From NCBI GenBank assembly GCA_963710895.1, contig CAVQCB010000017.1:2516-66515 (forward strand): 64,000 nucleotides of DNA, given 5' to 3'. The DNA is from an uncultured Actinomycetota bacterium. GTDB lineage: Bacteria; Actinomycetota; Actinomycetes; Propionibacteriales; Nocardioidaceae. The notes beneath the pieces were generated by a model. That model was not told the origin of the DNA and ran no database searches. It saw only the letters and a list, made by a program, of their open reading frames with translations. Below are positions 1 through 9,516 of this stretch, piece after piece (positions within the stretch are counted from its first letter, which is position 1; each line of letters opens with the position of its first letter). The translations under genes were made by a program, and so were the position numbers.

Positions 1-197
1 ACCTCGTGTTCACCTTCACCGTCAGCGGGATCTCCTGGCAGGGCCACCTCGGTGGCCTGGTCGGCGGGGTGGTGCTCGGCGCCGCGATGGTCTACGCCCC
101 CAGGTCGGTGCGCCCCCAGGTCCAGTGGGGCACCACCACCCTGGTCCTGGTGGCCTCCCTCGCGGCCATCGCCGCCCGCATCCTCACCCTCTCCTGA
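1..197 (+). CDS. Rhomboid family intramembrane serine protease, C-terminal part (5' truncated by window)
   Basis: ISWQGHLGGLVGG fits the rhomboid HxxGxxxG catalytic-His helix; hydrophobic; usual position before crgA. Confidence 0.8.
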   Translation, partial: LVFTFTVSGISWQGHLGGLVGGVVLGAAMVYAPRSVRPQVQWGTTTLVLVASLAAIAARILTLS

Positions 198-204
198 CCC
201 CCAG

Positions 205-236
205 TTGTCCACACCTGGGGACAACCCTGTGGAGAA
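205..236. promoter_or_regulatory. Pair of inverted DnaA-box-like 9-mers
   Basis: TTGTCCACA at 205-213 (+) and TTCTCCACA at 228-236 (-), versus the actinomycete consensus TT(G/A)TCCACA. Confidence 0.5.
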
Positions 237-262
237 CTACACCTGTGTAACTCGGCGGAGGA

Positions 263-331
263 CAGTTTCACTGGGTCCCCAGTGAAACTGCCACTTCCCG
301 TGCGTTGCGATGCACGGGAAGTGGCAGTTTC
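263..331. repeat. Overlapping palindromes (REP-like / bidirectional terminator)
   Basis: 13-bp IR 263-275/278-290 and 20-bp perfect IR 284-303/312-331, between convergent genes. Confidence 0.75.
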
Positions 332-432
332 GGACGGGAAGGATGGCCGTCGGCTGGACCGCGCGAGGGTGCCGGGCACGCAGGGCGGCCGGCCGGGTGC
401 GGACGCGGTACGACGCGGTCAGGCGCGCGCGG

Positions 433-900
433 TCACTCCCACTTGGTGGCGAAGGTGAAGCCGGTGGCCATGAAGCCGATCCCGACGACCAGGTTGTACT
501 GGTCGAGGTCCTTCATCACCGGGACCGAGCCGTTCTGGCCGATGAAGTAGAAGGTCACGATCCACACCAGTCCGATCAGGAAGCAGCCGAGCATCCCGAT
601 CACCACGCCGCGGCCGCGGCCGAGCGGGGTGAGCTTGTGCGCGGAGACGGCGAGACCCACGAAGATCAGCCCGAACCCGATCAGGAAGTTCCAACGCGCC
701 AGGTCCGACATCCACGGCAGCGGGGTGTCCGGCTTCTTCGCGCCCGGCAGGGCGGTGGCGGCGTCCTGGGCGAGGTTGATGTAGACCGCGATCCAGGCGA
801 TCCCGAGCACCACCAGCAGCGCGGCGAGCACGGTGCGCTTCAGGGAGGTCTCGTACCCGCTCGACACCACGGTCTGCTTGCGGGCGGAGGGCTTGGACAC
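433..900 (-). CDS. crgA: Cell division protein CrgA
   Basis: C-terminal GVVIGMLGCFLIGLVWIVTFY...NLVVGIGFMATGFTFATKWE; GTG at 900 with GAGGAG RBS; synteny. Confidence 0.9.
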   Translation of the reverse strand: MSKPSARKQTVVSSGYETSLKRTVLAALLVVLGIAWIAVYINLAQDAATALPGAKKPDTPLPWMSDLARWNFLIGFGLIFVGLAVSAHKLTPLGRGRGVVIGMLGCFLIGLVWIVTFYFIGQNGSVPVMKDLDQYNLVVGIGFMATGFTFATKWE

Positions 901-980
901 GGTCGATCTCCTCTGTGCGGTGGACGCCGGCTCGTCGGCTAGCGTAGTCAAGGCACGTCCCCACGAGAGCAGGCGCCCCG

Positions 981-1748
981 TTGAGTACTCCCAGTCGTCG
1001 CGAGCACCACACCTGGCGAGTGGTGGCACTCGTCGTGTTCGTGCTGGCCGGCGGCCTGTTCGTGACCAGCAGCATCGACGCCGACGGCCTCGACCTGCGC
1101 GCCTCCAGCGTGACCGACCTCGACACCGTCGTGGGCCAGCAGCGCCAGCGCACCGACGCGCTGCAGGAGCGGGTCGCCGAGCTGAACAAGGAGGTCGACG
1201 CCCTCGGCAAGGGGGTCAACGACGCCCAGGTCGCCGAGCTGCAGCGCCAGGTCGACGCGCTGCGCGGACCGGCCGGGTTCGAGGAGGTGCACGGCCCGGC
1301 GCTGACGGTGGCGCTCAGCGACGCGCCCAAGGAGGACATCGACCGTGCCGTGAAAGAGGGTGATGTGCCCGCCGACCAGCTCGTGGTCCACCAGCAGGAC
1401 ATCCAGGCGGTGGTCAACGCCCTGTGGAGCGGCGGCGCGGAGGCGATGACGGTGCAGAACCAGCGGGTGATCAGCACCACCGGCATCAAGTGCGTCGGCA
1501 ACACCGTCGTGCTCCACGGCGTGCCCTACGCCCCGCCCTACAAGATCACCGCCATCGGCGATCTCACCGCGCTCCAGAACGCCCTGGACACCAGCGACTA
1601 CATCGCGGGCTACAAGACCTACGTCACGGCGCACAATCTCGGCTACAAGGTGACGCTGAGCGAGGACGTCACGATGCCGGCGTACGGCGGCGCCAGCAAC
1701 CTGCGCTACGCCACCGCCCAGCCGAGCACCGACGTCGACCGGGACTGA
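981..1748 (+). CDS. DUF881 family protein
   Basis: N-terminal TM, coiled coil, GPALTVALSDAP, VHQQDIQAVVNALWSGGAEAMTVQNQR motifs; divergent from crgA. Confidence 0.9.
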   Translation: MSTPSRREHHTWRVVALVVFVLAGGLFVTSSIDADGLDLRASSVTDLDTVVGQQRQRTDALQERVAELNKEVDALGKGVNDAQVAELQRQVDALRGPAGFEEVHGPALTVALSDAPKEDIDRAVKEGDVPADQLVVHQQDIQAVVNALWSGGAEAMTVQNQRVISTTGIKCVGNTVVLHGVPYAPPYKITAIGDLTALQNALDTSDYIAGYKTYVTAHNLGYKVTLSEDVTMPAYGGASNLRYATAQPSTDVDRD

Positions 1749-1799
1749 CCGAGCCGGGCACAGCCGGGTGTGCTCGCACCCGGCCGCCGAGAGCCGGGG

Positions 1800-3536
1800 C
1801 TACGGGCTCGGGCTCGGGCTGGTGGTGGCCGTCGGAGTCGACGTGGGTGTGGGTGTGGGCGAAGGTGTGGTCGGCTTCTCGTAGGTGGAGACCACGATCG
1901 TCACCGTGCTGCCCGAGTCGAGGGTCTGGCCGGGGTCGGGGCTCTGCTGCAGCACCGTGCCCTTCTTGGCCTCCGTGGAGGAGTCGGTGACCCGGCTGAC
2001 CTTGAAGCCCGCCTTCTCGATGGCCTTGGTGGCGGCGTCCTCGGTCTTCCCGACGACGTCGGGGACCTGCTCGGGGCCGTCGGACCAGAACAGGGTGACC
2101 TTGGAACCGTCGCTGACCTCGGTGCCCGCCGGTGGCTGCATCTCCACGACCTGGTCCTTGGGGTCGTCGACGTTGCGTTGGGTGAGCACCACCCGCAGCC
2201 CTTCGCCGCGCAGCTGGTCGGCTGCCGCGTTCTTGTCCTGGCCGACCACGTCGGGCAGGGAGACCTGGGGCTTGCCGGTGGAGACCACGAAGTCGACCTG
2301 GTCCTTGGGGGCCACCAGGTCGCCGGCCTGGGGCTGCTGGGAGATCACCCGACCCTTGGCAACGTCCTGACTGGCTGCGGTGGACACCTCGCCGACCGAG
2401 AGACCGCTGTCGGTGATCGCGCGCTCGGCCTGGGCCCGGGTCAGGCCCGTGACGGTGGGCACCGACTGCTGGTCGGGCGCGGAGCTGAACAGCTTGGGCC
2501 CGAAGATCAGCGCCGCGGCCACGAGCGCCACCAGGAGGAGCACCAGCAAGATGAACGGCCCGCGCTGCTTGCGTTCGGGCTCCTCGTCCTCCTCCAGCTG
2601 GTGGACCACGCGGGTCGACTGGGTCGGGGTGTCGGGTGGGATGAACGCCGTGGCCGGGGCCGCGGCGACCGCGGGGGCCTGCACCGGGCGACCGGCGAGG
2701 TAGCGGTCGATGTCCGCCTTCATCGCGGCCGCGCTCGGGTAACGGTCCCCGAGGTCCTTGGCCAGCGACTTCATCACGATCGCGTCGAGCTCGGGGGTCA
2801 GCTCCTCGTCCAGGCTCGACGGGGGCTGGGCCTGCTCACGCACGTGCTGGTAGGCCACCGACACGGGGCTGTCGCCGACGAACGGCGGGCGTCCGGTCAG
2901 CAGCTCGTAGAGCAGGCACCCCGTGGAGTAGACGTCGGAGCGGGAGTCGACGTTCTCCCCGCGGGCCTGCTCCGGGGAGAGGTACTGCGCCGTGCCCACC
3001 ACCGCCGCGGTCTGGGTCATGGTGCTCGAGGCGTCGGAGACCGCGCGGGCGATCCCGAAGTCCATCACCTTCACGTCGCCGGAGGGGGTCAGCATCACGT
3101 TGCCGGGCTTGATGTCGCGGTGGATGATCCCGGCCCGGTGGCTGTAGTCGAGCGCGGCCAGCACCCCGGAGGTGATCTCGAGGGCACGCTCGGGCAGGAT
3201 CTTGCGACCTTCGCGCAGGATGTCGCGCAGGGTGCGGCCGGCGACGTACTCCATCACGATGTAGGGCTGGGCGACGTTGCTGCCGTCGGTCGACATCTCC
3301 TCGCCGGTGTCGTAGACCGACACGATCGCCGGATGGTTCAGCGATGCCGCCGACTGGGCCTCGCGTCGGAACCGCGCCTGGAAGGTGGCGTCGCTGGCGA
3401 GGTCGGTGCGCAGACGCTTGATCGCCACCGTCCGACCCAGGCGCACGTCGGTGCCCTTGCGGACCTCGGCCATGCCACCGCGTCCGAGGAGCTCGGCGAC
3501 CTCGTAGCGGTCGCCGATCCGGTGCGGTTCACTCAT
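1800..3536 (-). CDS. pknB: Ser/Thr protein kinase PknB with 3 PASTA domains
   Basis: LGRGGMAEV, HRDIKPGN, DFGIARA, GTAQYLSPEQ; TM; three PASTA repeats; ATG at 3536. Confidence 0.95.
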   Translation of the reverse strand: MSEPHRIGDRYEVAELLGRGGMAEVRKGTDVRLGRTVAIKRLRTDLASDATFQARFRREAQSAASLNHPAIVSVYDTGEEMSTDGSNVAQPYIVMEYVAGRTLRDILREGRKILPERALEITSGVLAALDYSHRAGIIHRDIKPGNVMLTPSGDVKVMDFGIARAVSDASSTMTQTAAVVGTAQYLSPEQARGENVDSRSDVYSTGCLLYELLTGRPPFVGDSPVSVAYQHVREQAQPPSSLDEELTPELDAIVMKSLAKDLGDRYPSAAAMKADIDRYLAGRPVQAPAVAAAPATAFIPPDTPTQSTRVVHQLEEDEEPERKQRGPFILLVLLLVALVAAALIFGPKLFSSAPDQQSVPTVTGLTRAQAERAITDSGLSVGEVSTAASQDVAKGRVISQQPQAGDLVAPKDQVDFVVSTGKPQVSLPDVVGQDKNAAADQLRGEGLRVVLTQRNVDDPKDQVVEMQPPAGTEVSDGSKVTLFWSDGPEQVPDVVGKTEDAATKAIEKAGFKVSRVTDSSTEAKKGTVLQQSPDPGQTLDSGSTVTIVVSTYEKPTTPSPTPTPTSTPTATTSPSPSP

Positions 3537-3543
3537 CGAGGAC

Positions 3544-5181
3544 TCAGTCTCCCTTCTTCGTGCCGGCACCGGGGGTCTTGCCCGGACCAGGCTGCTTCGT
3601 CGTGCCGGCGCCGCGACCGGTGCCCGGGATCTTGGTGGAGCCCGCGTTCTTGGTGGAGCCCGCGTTCTTGGTGGCGCCGGTCGCGGGGGACTGGCCCGAG
3701 GCCCCGGGGGTGGTGGACTGGTTGCCCGAACTGGGGGTGCTGGACGGAGGCCCGTTGCCCGGGCTGTCGCTCTGGGAGGGCGTCTGCGGGGCCTGGGTCG
3801 GTGTCGGCGTGTCCGGCCCCGAGCCCCCGCCCTGGTCGGGGGCCGCACCCCACACCTGCAGGGTCACGGTGGTGCCCGGGTCCAGCTCCCCGGTCGGGCT
3901 GAGGTCGGCGACGGTGCCGGCCTCGTGGTCCCCGGAGTTGTCCACCTGGTCGGTGGTGGTCTTCAGCCCCTTGTCCTCCAGCGCAGCACGGGCGTCCTCG
4001 ACCGGCTTGCCGATGTAGTCCGCGGCGCGCACGGTCACCGTCTCGGCGCTGGGCGTGGCGGTGCCGGCGTCGTTGCCGGGGTCGGTGCCCGAGCCGCTCC
4101 CGGTCCACGGGTGGGTGACCAGCAGGAGGACCAGGACGAGAAGCACCAGGGCGCCTGCCGCGTAGAGCGGCCAGCGGCCGGACCGCTCCCGTGTCGTGGT
4201 GACCCGGGTCCCCGGTGTGTCGGCGATGTCCGGCGGAGCGTCCAGGGAGCCGGTGCCGGTGGGGGTGGCCGCGTTCGCCGGGGTGACCGCGGTGGCCGCT
4301 GCTGCCACCGGCGCGGCCATGGGAGCACCGATGACCTGGGTGTCGGCGGGGGGAGGCGCGGCCGCGGCGCCGGCGGACGGCGCCTCCCGCAGCGCGGCGG
4401 CCAGCTCCGCTCCGTCGGCGTAGCGCTCCTGGGCGTCCTTGGCCATGGCGCGCCGCACGACCGCGGCCAGGCCCGGGGGCACGTGGTCGGGCAGCGGGGG
4501 GATCTCCTGCTGGAGGTGCGCCAGCGCCGTGGTGATCGGGGTGTCGGCGTCGAAGGGCCGGTGGCCGGCCAGGCACTCGAAGAGCAGCACCCCGACGGCG
4601 TAGACGTCGCTGGCGGCGGTGGCGGTGTTGCCGCGTGCCTGCTCGGGGGAGAGGTAGTGGGGGGTGCCGAGGATCTGGCCGGTCTGGGTGTAGCCCGCCG
4701 CGCCGGTGGCACGCGCGATCCCGAAGTCGGTGATCTTCACCCGGCCGTCGGGGGTGACCAGCAGGTTGGCCGGCTTCACGTCGCGGTGCACGACGCCGGC
4801 CCGGTGCGCGACGGCCAGCGCCTCGGCGGCCTGCAGTGCCAGCAGTCGCGCCTGCTCGGGGTCGACGGGGCGGCCGTCGGCCAGCAGCTCCGAGAGCGGC
4901 TTGCCCTCGACGAGCTCCATCACGAGGTACGGCGTCTCGCCCTCCTCCAGGACGCCGTAGTCGAAGATGGCGGCGATGCCGGGATGGTGCAGTCCGGCGG
5001 CGTTGCGGGCCTCGTCGGCGAACCTGGCCCGGTAGGTCGGGTCGTGGGCGTACTCGTTCTTGAGCACCTTGACCGCCACCTCACGCCCCAGGACGGTGTC
5101 GCGCGCACGCCAGACCTGCCCCATGCCGCCGGTGGCGATCAGGTCGAGACGCTCGTAGCGCTCGCCGGAGTCGGGACGCAT
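3544..5181 (-). CDS. pknA: Ser/Thr protein kinase PknA-like (kinase, TM, one PASTA-like domain, low-complexity tail)
   Basis: IATGGMGQVW, HRDVKPAN, DFGIARA, GTPHYLSPEQ; start ATG 5181 or GTG 5190 overlapping the pbpA stop. Confidence 0.9.
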   Translation of the reverse strand: MRPDSGERYERLDLIATGGMGQVWRARDTVLGREVAVKVLKNEYAHDPTYRARFADEARNAAGLHHPGIAAIFDYGVLEEGETPYLVMELVEGKPLSELLADGRPVDPEQARLLALQAAEALAVAHRAGVVHRDVKPANLLVTPDGRVKITDFGIARATGAAGYTQTGQILGTPHYLSPEQARGNTATAASDVYAVGVLLFECLAGHRPFDADTPITTALAHLQQEIPPLPDHVPPGLAAVVRRAMAKDAQERYADGAELAAALREAPSAGAAAAPPPADTQVIGAPMAAPVAAAATAVTPANAATPTGTGSLDAPPDIADTPGTRVTTTRERSGRWPLYAAGALVLLVLVLLLVTHPWTGSGSGTDPGNDAGTATPSAETVTVRAADYIGKPVEDARAALEDKGLKTTTDQVDNSGDHEAGTVADLSPTGELDPGTTVTLQVWGAAPDQGGGSGPDTPTPTQAPQTPSQSDSPGNGPPSSTPSSGNQSTTPGASGQSPATGATKNAGSTKNAGSTKIPGTGRGAGTTKQPGPGKTPGAGTKKGD

Positions 5182-5186
5182 GTCGC

Positions 5187-6677
5187 TCACTTGCCGATCA
5201 CCGCCTCCATCACGGCCTTGGCGATCGGCGCGGCCAGGCCGCTGCCGGAGATCTGGTCGCGCGCCACCCCCGCGTCCTGGACCAGCACCGCCACGGCGAC
5301 CGCGGGGGTGTCGGCCGGTGCGAACGAGACGAACCAGGCGTACGGCGGCCGGTCGGGTGCGCTCTGGGCGGTGCCGGTCTTGCCGGCGACCTTGACCCCG
5401 GGGATCTGTGCGGTCGTGGCGGTGCCGCCGTCGACGACGGCGACCATCATCTGGCGCAGGTCGCGCGCGGACGCGGAGCTCATCGCCGGCTGGTCCGGCA
5501 TCGGCTCGGGAGCGGTGCTGTCGATGGTCTCGAGCTTGGGGGACTTGATCTCGTCGACGAGGTAGGGCTTCATCACCACCCCGTCGTTGGCGATGCCCGC
5601 CCCGACCATGGCCATCTGCAGCGGCGTGGCAGCGACGTCGAACTGGCCGATCGCGGAGAGCGCGGTCTGCGGCTTGTCGGGGTTCTCGGGGAAGCGGCTC
5701 ACCGCCTGCCGGGTGAGCGCGTCGTCGAGGTCGGTGAAGACGCGCTTGCCGAAGCCGAACTTCTCGGCGGTGGCGCGGATGGCGTCGTCGCCGATCTTCA
5801 GCCCCACCGCGCCGAAGGAGACGTTGCAGGAGACCTGGAGGGCCTTGGTCAAGGTGATCTGGTCGCCGCCGCAGGAGCCGCGGTTCTCGTTGACGAGGTC
5901 CTTGGTGGTCAGCGGCAGGTCGAGGCTGGCGCCTCCGGGCACCTTCGTGTCCGGGTTGTACTGACCGGAGTCCAGCGCCGCGGCGGCGGTCACCAGCTTG
6001 AAGGTCGACCCCGGCGGCAGCACCTCCTCGATGGCCCGGTTGTTCAACGGGCCCAGCTTGGCCTTCTCCAGCTGCCTCTTGGCCTTGCCGGCCGCGGTGA
6101 AGTCGTGGCTGGCCAGGCGGTTGGGGTTGTAGCTCGGGCTGGAGACCATCGCCAGGATCTTCCCGGTGCGGGGCTCGATGGCGACCACGGCTCCCTGGAC
6201 GTTGTCGCCCAGCGCCTTGAGGCCGTCGTACGCCGCCTTCTGCGCGTCGGGGTCCACGGTGAGGGTGACGCTGCCTCCCTTGGGGGACTCGTTGCCGACC
6301 AGGTCGATCACCCGGTTCACGAACAGCTTGGAGTCGCTGCCGGAGAGGATGGAGTTCTGCGATGCCTCGACACCACCGAGACCCCAGTCGCGGGAGAAGT
6401 AGCCGGTGAGGTGGGCGTACTCCTCGCCCTGGGGGTACTCGCGCTGGAACTTGTAGGCGTCGTCGGAGGCGTTGCTCTCGGCCACCGCCTTGCCGTGGAC
6501 CAGGATGGCGCCCCGCTCGCGGGAGAACTCGGCGTCGCGGACCCGCTTGTTGTCCGGGTGCTGGGAGAGCGAGGTGAGGTCGTCGGCCTTCCAGTACTGC
6601 ACGTAGCTGGCGTTGACCAGCAAGGCCAGGAACAGCAGCATGCAGGCGATCGAGAGGTTGCGGATGGGCCGGTTCAT
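5187..6677 (-). CDS. pbpA: Class B penicillin-binding protein PbpA
   Basis: PGSTFK (SxxK), SCN (SxN) and KTGT motifs; N-terminal TM; coupled to rodA. Confidence 0.95.
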   Translation of the reverse strand: MNRPIRNLSIACMLLFLALLVNASYVQYWKADDLTSLSQHPDNKRVRDAEFSRERGAILVHGKAVAESNASDDAYKFQREYPQGEEYAHLTGYFSRDWGLGGVEASQNSILSGSDSKLFVNRVIDLVGNESPKGGSVTLTVDPDAQKAAYDGLKALGDNVQGAVVAIEPRTGKILAMVSSPSYNPNRLASHDFTAAGKAKRQLEKAKLGPLNNRAIEEVLPPGSTFKLVTAAAALDSGQYNPDTKVPGGASLDLPLTTKDLVNENRGSCGGDQITLTKALQVSCNVSFGAVGLKIGDDAIRATAEKFGFGKRVFTDLDDALTRQAVSRFPENPDKPQTALSAIGQFDVAATPLQMAMVGAGIANDGVVMKPYLVDEIKSPKLETIDSTAPEPMPDQPAMSSASARDLRQMMVAVVDGGTATTAQIPGVKVAGKTGTAQSAPDRPPYAWFVSFAPADTPAVAVAVLVQDAGVARDQISGSGLAAPIAKAVMEAVIGK

Positions 6678-8089
6678 CGGATGCGCACCACCTGCGTGGC
6701 GTCGGCGTCGTAGCCCTCGCCAGGCTCCACCAGCTCCGGCGGAGGCCGGCGGGCATGGTCGGAGATGCGCAGCAGCAGGGCGATGATCGCCCAGTTGGCC
6801 ACCAGGCTGGAGCCGCCGTAGGACAGGAACGGGGTGGTCAGCCCGGTCAGCGGGATCAGCTTGGTGACGCCGCCGACGACCACGAAGACCTGGAGGGCGA
6901 AGACGACCGCGAGACCCGCGGCCATCAGCTTGCCGAGGTTGTCTCGGCAGATCAGGGCGGTGCGCAGACCGCGCTCCACGAGGATGCCGTAGAGCAGGAT
7001 GATCGCCATCACCCCGGTGAGCCCGAGCTCCTCACCCAGCGAGGGCAAGATGAAGTCGGAGTAGGAGTAGGGCGTGATCTGCGGGTTGCCCTGACCCAGC
7101 CCGCGGCCGACGAGGCCGCCCCAGGCCATGCCGTAGAGCCCCTGCACGATCTGGTAGGCGTTCGCGTCCGGGTTGAACGGGTCCAGCCAGGCCTGCACGC
7201 GCAGCTGCACGTGGCCCAGCGTCAGGTAGCCGAAGTAGGCACCGACGCCGAACAGGCTCCCGCCGACCAGCAGCCACCCCGGCCGCTCGGTGGCGACGTA
7301 GAGCATCACCAGGAACAGGCCGAAGAAGAGCAGCGATGACCCGAGGTCGTTCTGGAAGACCAGGATGCCCAGGGAGACCAGCCACATCGCCAGGATCGGA
7401 CCGAGGTCACGACCGCGGGGAAGGTCGACGAACAAGAAGCGGCGTCCGGCCAGCGCGAGCGCGTCGCGGTGCTGGACGAGGTAGCCGGCGAAGGCGACCA
7501 CGAGCAGCAGCTTGGCGATCTCGCCGGGCTGGAAGCTCATCGGACCGACGTGGATCCAGATCCGCGCGCCGTTGATGTTGCGGCCGATCCCGGGCAGCAG
7601 CGGCAGCAGCAGCAGCACGATCGCGGCGAGCCCCGCGGTGTAGGTGAACGCCTGCAGCCGGCGGTGGTCACGCAGGAGCACGATGACCGCGACGAAGAGC
7701 GCCACCCCGATCGTCATCCAGACCAGCTGGGTGCCGGCGAAGGTGCGGGCCTCGGCGTTGCGCGCCTGGTTGGCCAGGTCGATGCGGTGGATCATCGCCA
7801 GGCCGAGACCGTTGAGGGCGGAGACGATCGGCAGCAGGATCGGGTCGGCGTACGCCGCGAAGACCCGGATGACGACGTGGCAGCCGATCACCAGGACCGC
7901 CAGCCAGGCGCCGTAGGTGAACAGGTCGACCGGCGCCTCGCCGTCGACGCCGAAGCCGACGGCGGCGTAGGCGCCGATCCCGACCACCAGGCTGAGCAGC
8001 AGCAGGACCAGCTCGGCGCCGCGGCGGCGCCGGTGGACGAAGCCCATCAGGCCCTGGGCGGCCTGGGGGTTCATGCGCGCGCTGGTCAT
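6674..8089 (-). CDS. rodA: SEDS family protein RodA/FtsW
   Basis: FQPGEIAK, QNDLGS, SDFI...GEELG, GLTTPFLSYGGSSL; multi-TM; ATGA overlap with pstP stop. Confidence 0.95.
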   Translation of the reverse strand: MTSARMNPQAAQGLMGFVHRRRRGAELVLLLLSLVVGIGAYAAVGFGVDGEAPVDLFTYGAWLAVLVIGCHVVIRVFAAYADPILLPIVSALNGLGLAMIHRIDLANQARNAEARTFAGTQLVWMTIGVALFVAVIVLLRDHRRLQAFTYTAGLAAIVLLLLPLLPGIGRNINGARIWIHVGPMSFQPGEIAKLLLVVAFAGYLVQHRDALALAGRRFLFVDLPRGRDLGPILAMWLVSLGILVFQNDLGSSLLFFGLFLVMLYVATERPGWLLVGGSLFGVGAYFGYLTLGHVQLRVQAWLDPFNPDANAYQIVQGLYGMAWGGLVGRGLGQGNPQITPYSYSDFILPSLGEELGLTGVMAIILLYGILVERGLRTALICRDNLGKLMAAGLAVVFALQVFVVVGGVTKLIPLTGLTTPFLSYGGSSLVANWAIIALLLRISDHARRPPPELVEPGEGYDADATQVVRIR

Positions 8090-9516
8090 GGGACCTCGGC
8101 GCACACGTCGGGGGTGGGGGAGGGCGACGGCGACGCGTTCGGTGTGGCCGCGGCACTCGCACCGGCACGAGGGGTGCGCTTCGGGGTGGGGCTGGTCGTG
8201 GCCCCCGGGCTGCTGCCGGGCGTCGCGCCGGGGCTGGGGGTGACCGGCTCCGGGCACAGCGCCAGCCGCTCCAGACGGGTGACGATGCCGCGCGCGTCCT
8301 CGAGGCTGTCGGCGCTGATGCCGTCGCGCACCTGCCGTGCGTTGTAGTCCGGCAGGTCGGCCAGCTTCAGCTCGCTGGTCTCCTCGACGCGGTGGGTGGT
8401 GATGCCGGGCAGGTCGGCCTCGATGCCGCGGAACACCGCGACGGAGTCGCCGTCGCTGGCGACGTAGTACTGAACCTGCGACCACTTGTAGCCGGCGATC
8501 CCGATGACCGCGGCCAGCAGCACGACCACGGCGACCACGGCCAGGCGGCGTAGCCAGGCGAACCGTCGCGGCGGGCGGGGGGCGTAGCGCATCTCCTCGG
8601 GGTCGACCTCGTCCTCACCGGCGGAGTCCTCGACGGGGTCCAGCTCCCCGGTGTCGGTGGTGCGGGCCGCCCGGCCGGCGCCGATCCCCTTGCGACGGGG
8701 GGCCTGCGCGGCGGCGCCGACCACCACCGGGGCGAGCGCACCCGCGCCGGTGTCCGCCGAGCCGTCCCCCGGCCCGTCCCCCGGCCCGTCCCCCGGGCCG
8801 GCCACCGCGTCGTCGACCACGTCGGCGAGCACCACCGTGACGTTGTCGGTGCTGCCCGCCTCCAGGGAGGCCCGGACCAGCGCCGTGGCCGTCTCCTCGA
8901 GCGAGCCGGCGGCGAGGAGGCCGGCGAGGTCGTCGTCGGACAGGGACCCCGAGCAGCCGTCGGAGCAGAGCAGGATGCGGTCGCCGGGGGCCGCCTCGAG
9001 GGTGAACACGTCGGGCTCGGGCTCGTGCACGCCGTCCACGGCGCGGAGGATCAGGTTGCGGTGCGGGTGCACCCGGGCCTCGTCCTCGGTGATGCGGCCC
9101 TCGTCGATCAGGCTCTGCACGAACGTGTGGTCGGTGGTGAGCTGGGAGAGGGTGCCGTCGCGGAGCAGGTAGCCCCGGCTGTCGCCCACGTGGCCGACGC
9201 CGAGGGACTCCCCGTCGAAGACCACGGCCGTCACCGTCGTGCTGGTGCCCTCGATCTCGGGGCTCTCGTTGACCAGCCCGGCGATGCGGTCGTGGCTGCG
9301 GTGGATCGCGCCGGCCAGCGCGCCGAGCATGTCCTCACCGGGGTCCCGGTCGAGACGACGGAGCACCTCCACGGTGGCGCTGCTCGCGATGTCGCCTCGG
9401 GCCGAGCCGCCCACCCCGTCGGCGACGGCGAGCAGATGCGGTCCGGCGTACCCGGAGTCCTGGTTGTCACGGCGGACCCGCCCCACGTCCGACAGCGCCG
9501 CGTAGCGAAGCCTCAC
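8086..9516 (-). CDS. pstP: PP2C-family Ser/Thr phosphatase PstP
   Basis: SDVGRVRRDNQDS, AVADGVGG, HVGDSRGY, LLCSDG, GSTDNVTV; TM; GTGA overlap with fhaB stop. Confidence 0.95.
   Translation of the reverse strand: MRLRYAALSDVGRVRRDNQDSGYAGPHLLAVADGVGGSARGDIASSATVEVLRRLDRDPGEDMLGALAGAIHRSHDRIAGLVNESPEIEGTSTTVTAVVFDGESLGVGHVGDSRGYLLRDGTLSQLTTDHTFVQSLIDEGRITEDEARVHPHRNLILRAVDGVHEPEPDVFTLEAAPGDRILLCSDGCSGSLSDDDLAGLLAAGSLEETATALVRASLEAGSTDNVTVVLADVVDDAVAGPGDGPGDGPGDGSADTGAGALAPVVVGAAAQAPRRKGIGAGRAARTTDTGELDPVEDSAGEDEVDPEEMRYAPRPPRRFAWLRRLAVVAVVVLLAAVIGIAGYKWSQVQYYVASDGDSVAVFRGIEADLPGITTHRVEETSELKLADLPDYNARQVRDGISADSLEDARGIVTRLERLALCPEPVTPSPGATPGSSPGATTSPTPKRTPRAGASAAATPNASPSPSPTPDVCAEVP

Noticed and set aside
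3544-6756. 1070-aa ORF as a single large kinase
   Set aside because: Only the part from 5181 is PknA. The upstream part is an off-frame overlap of pbpA, typical of stop-poor GC-rich DNA.
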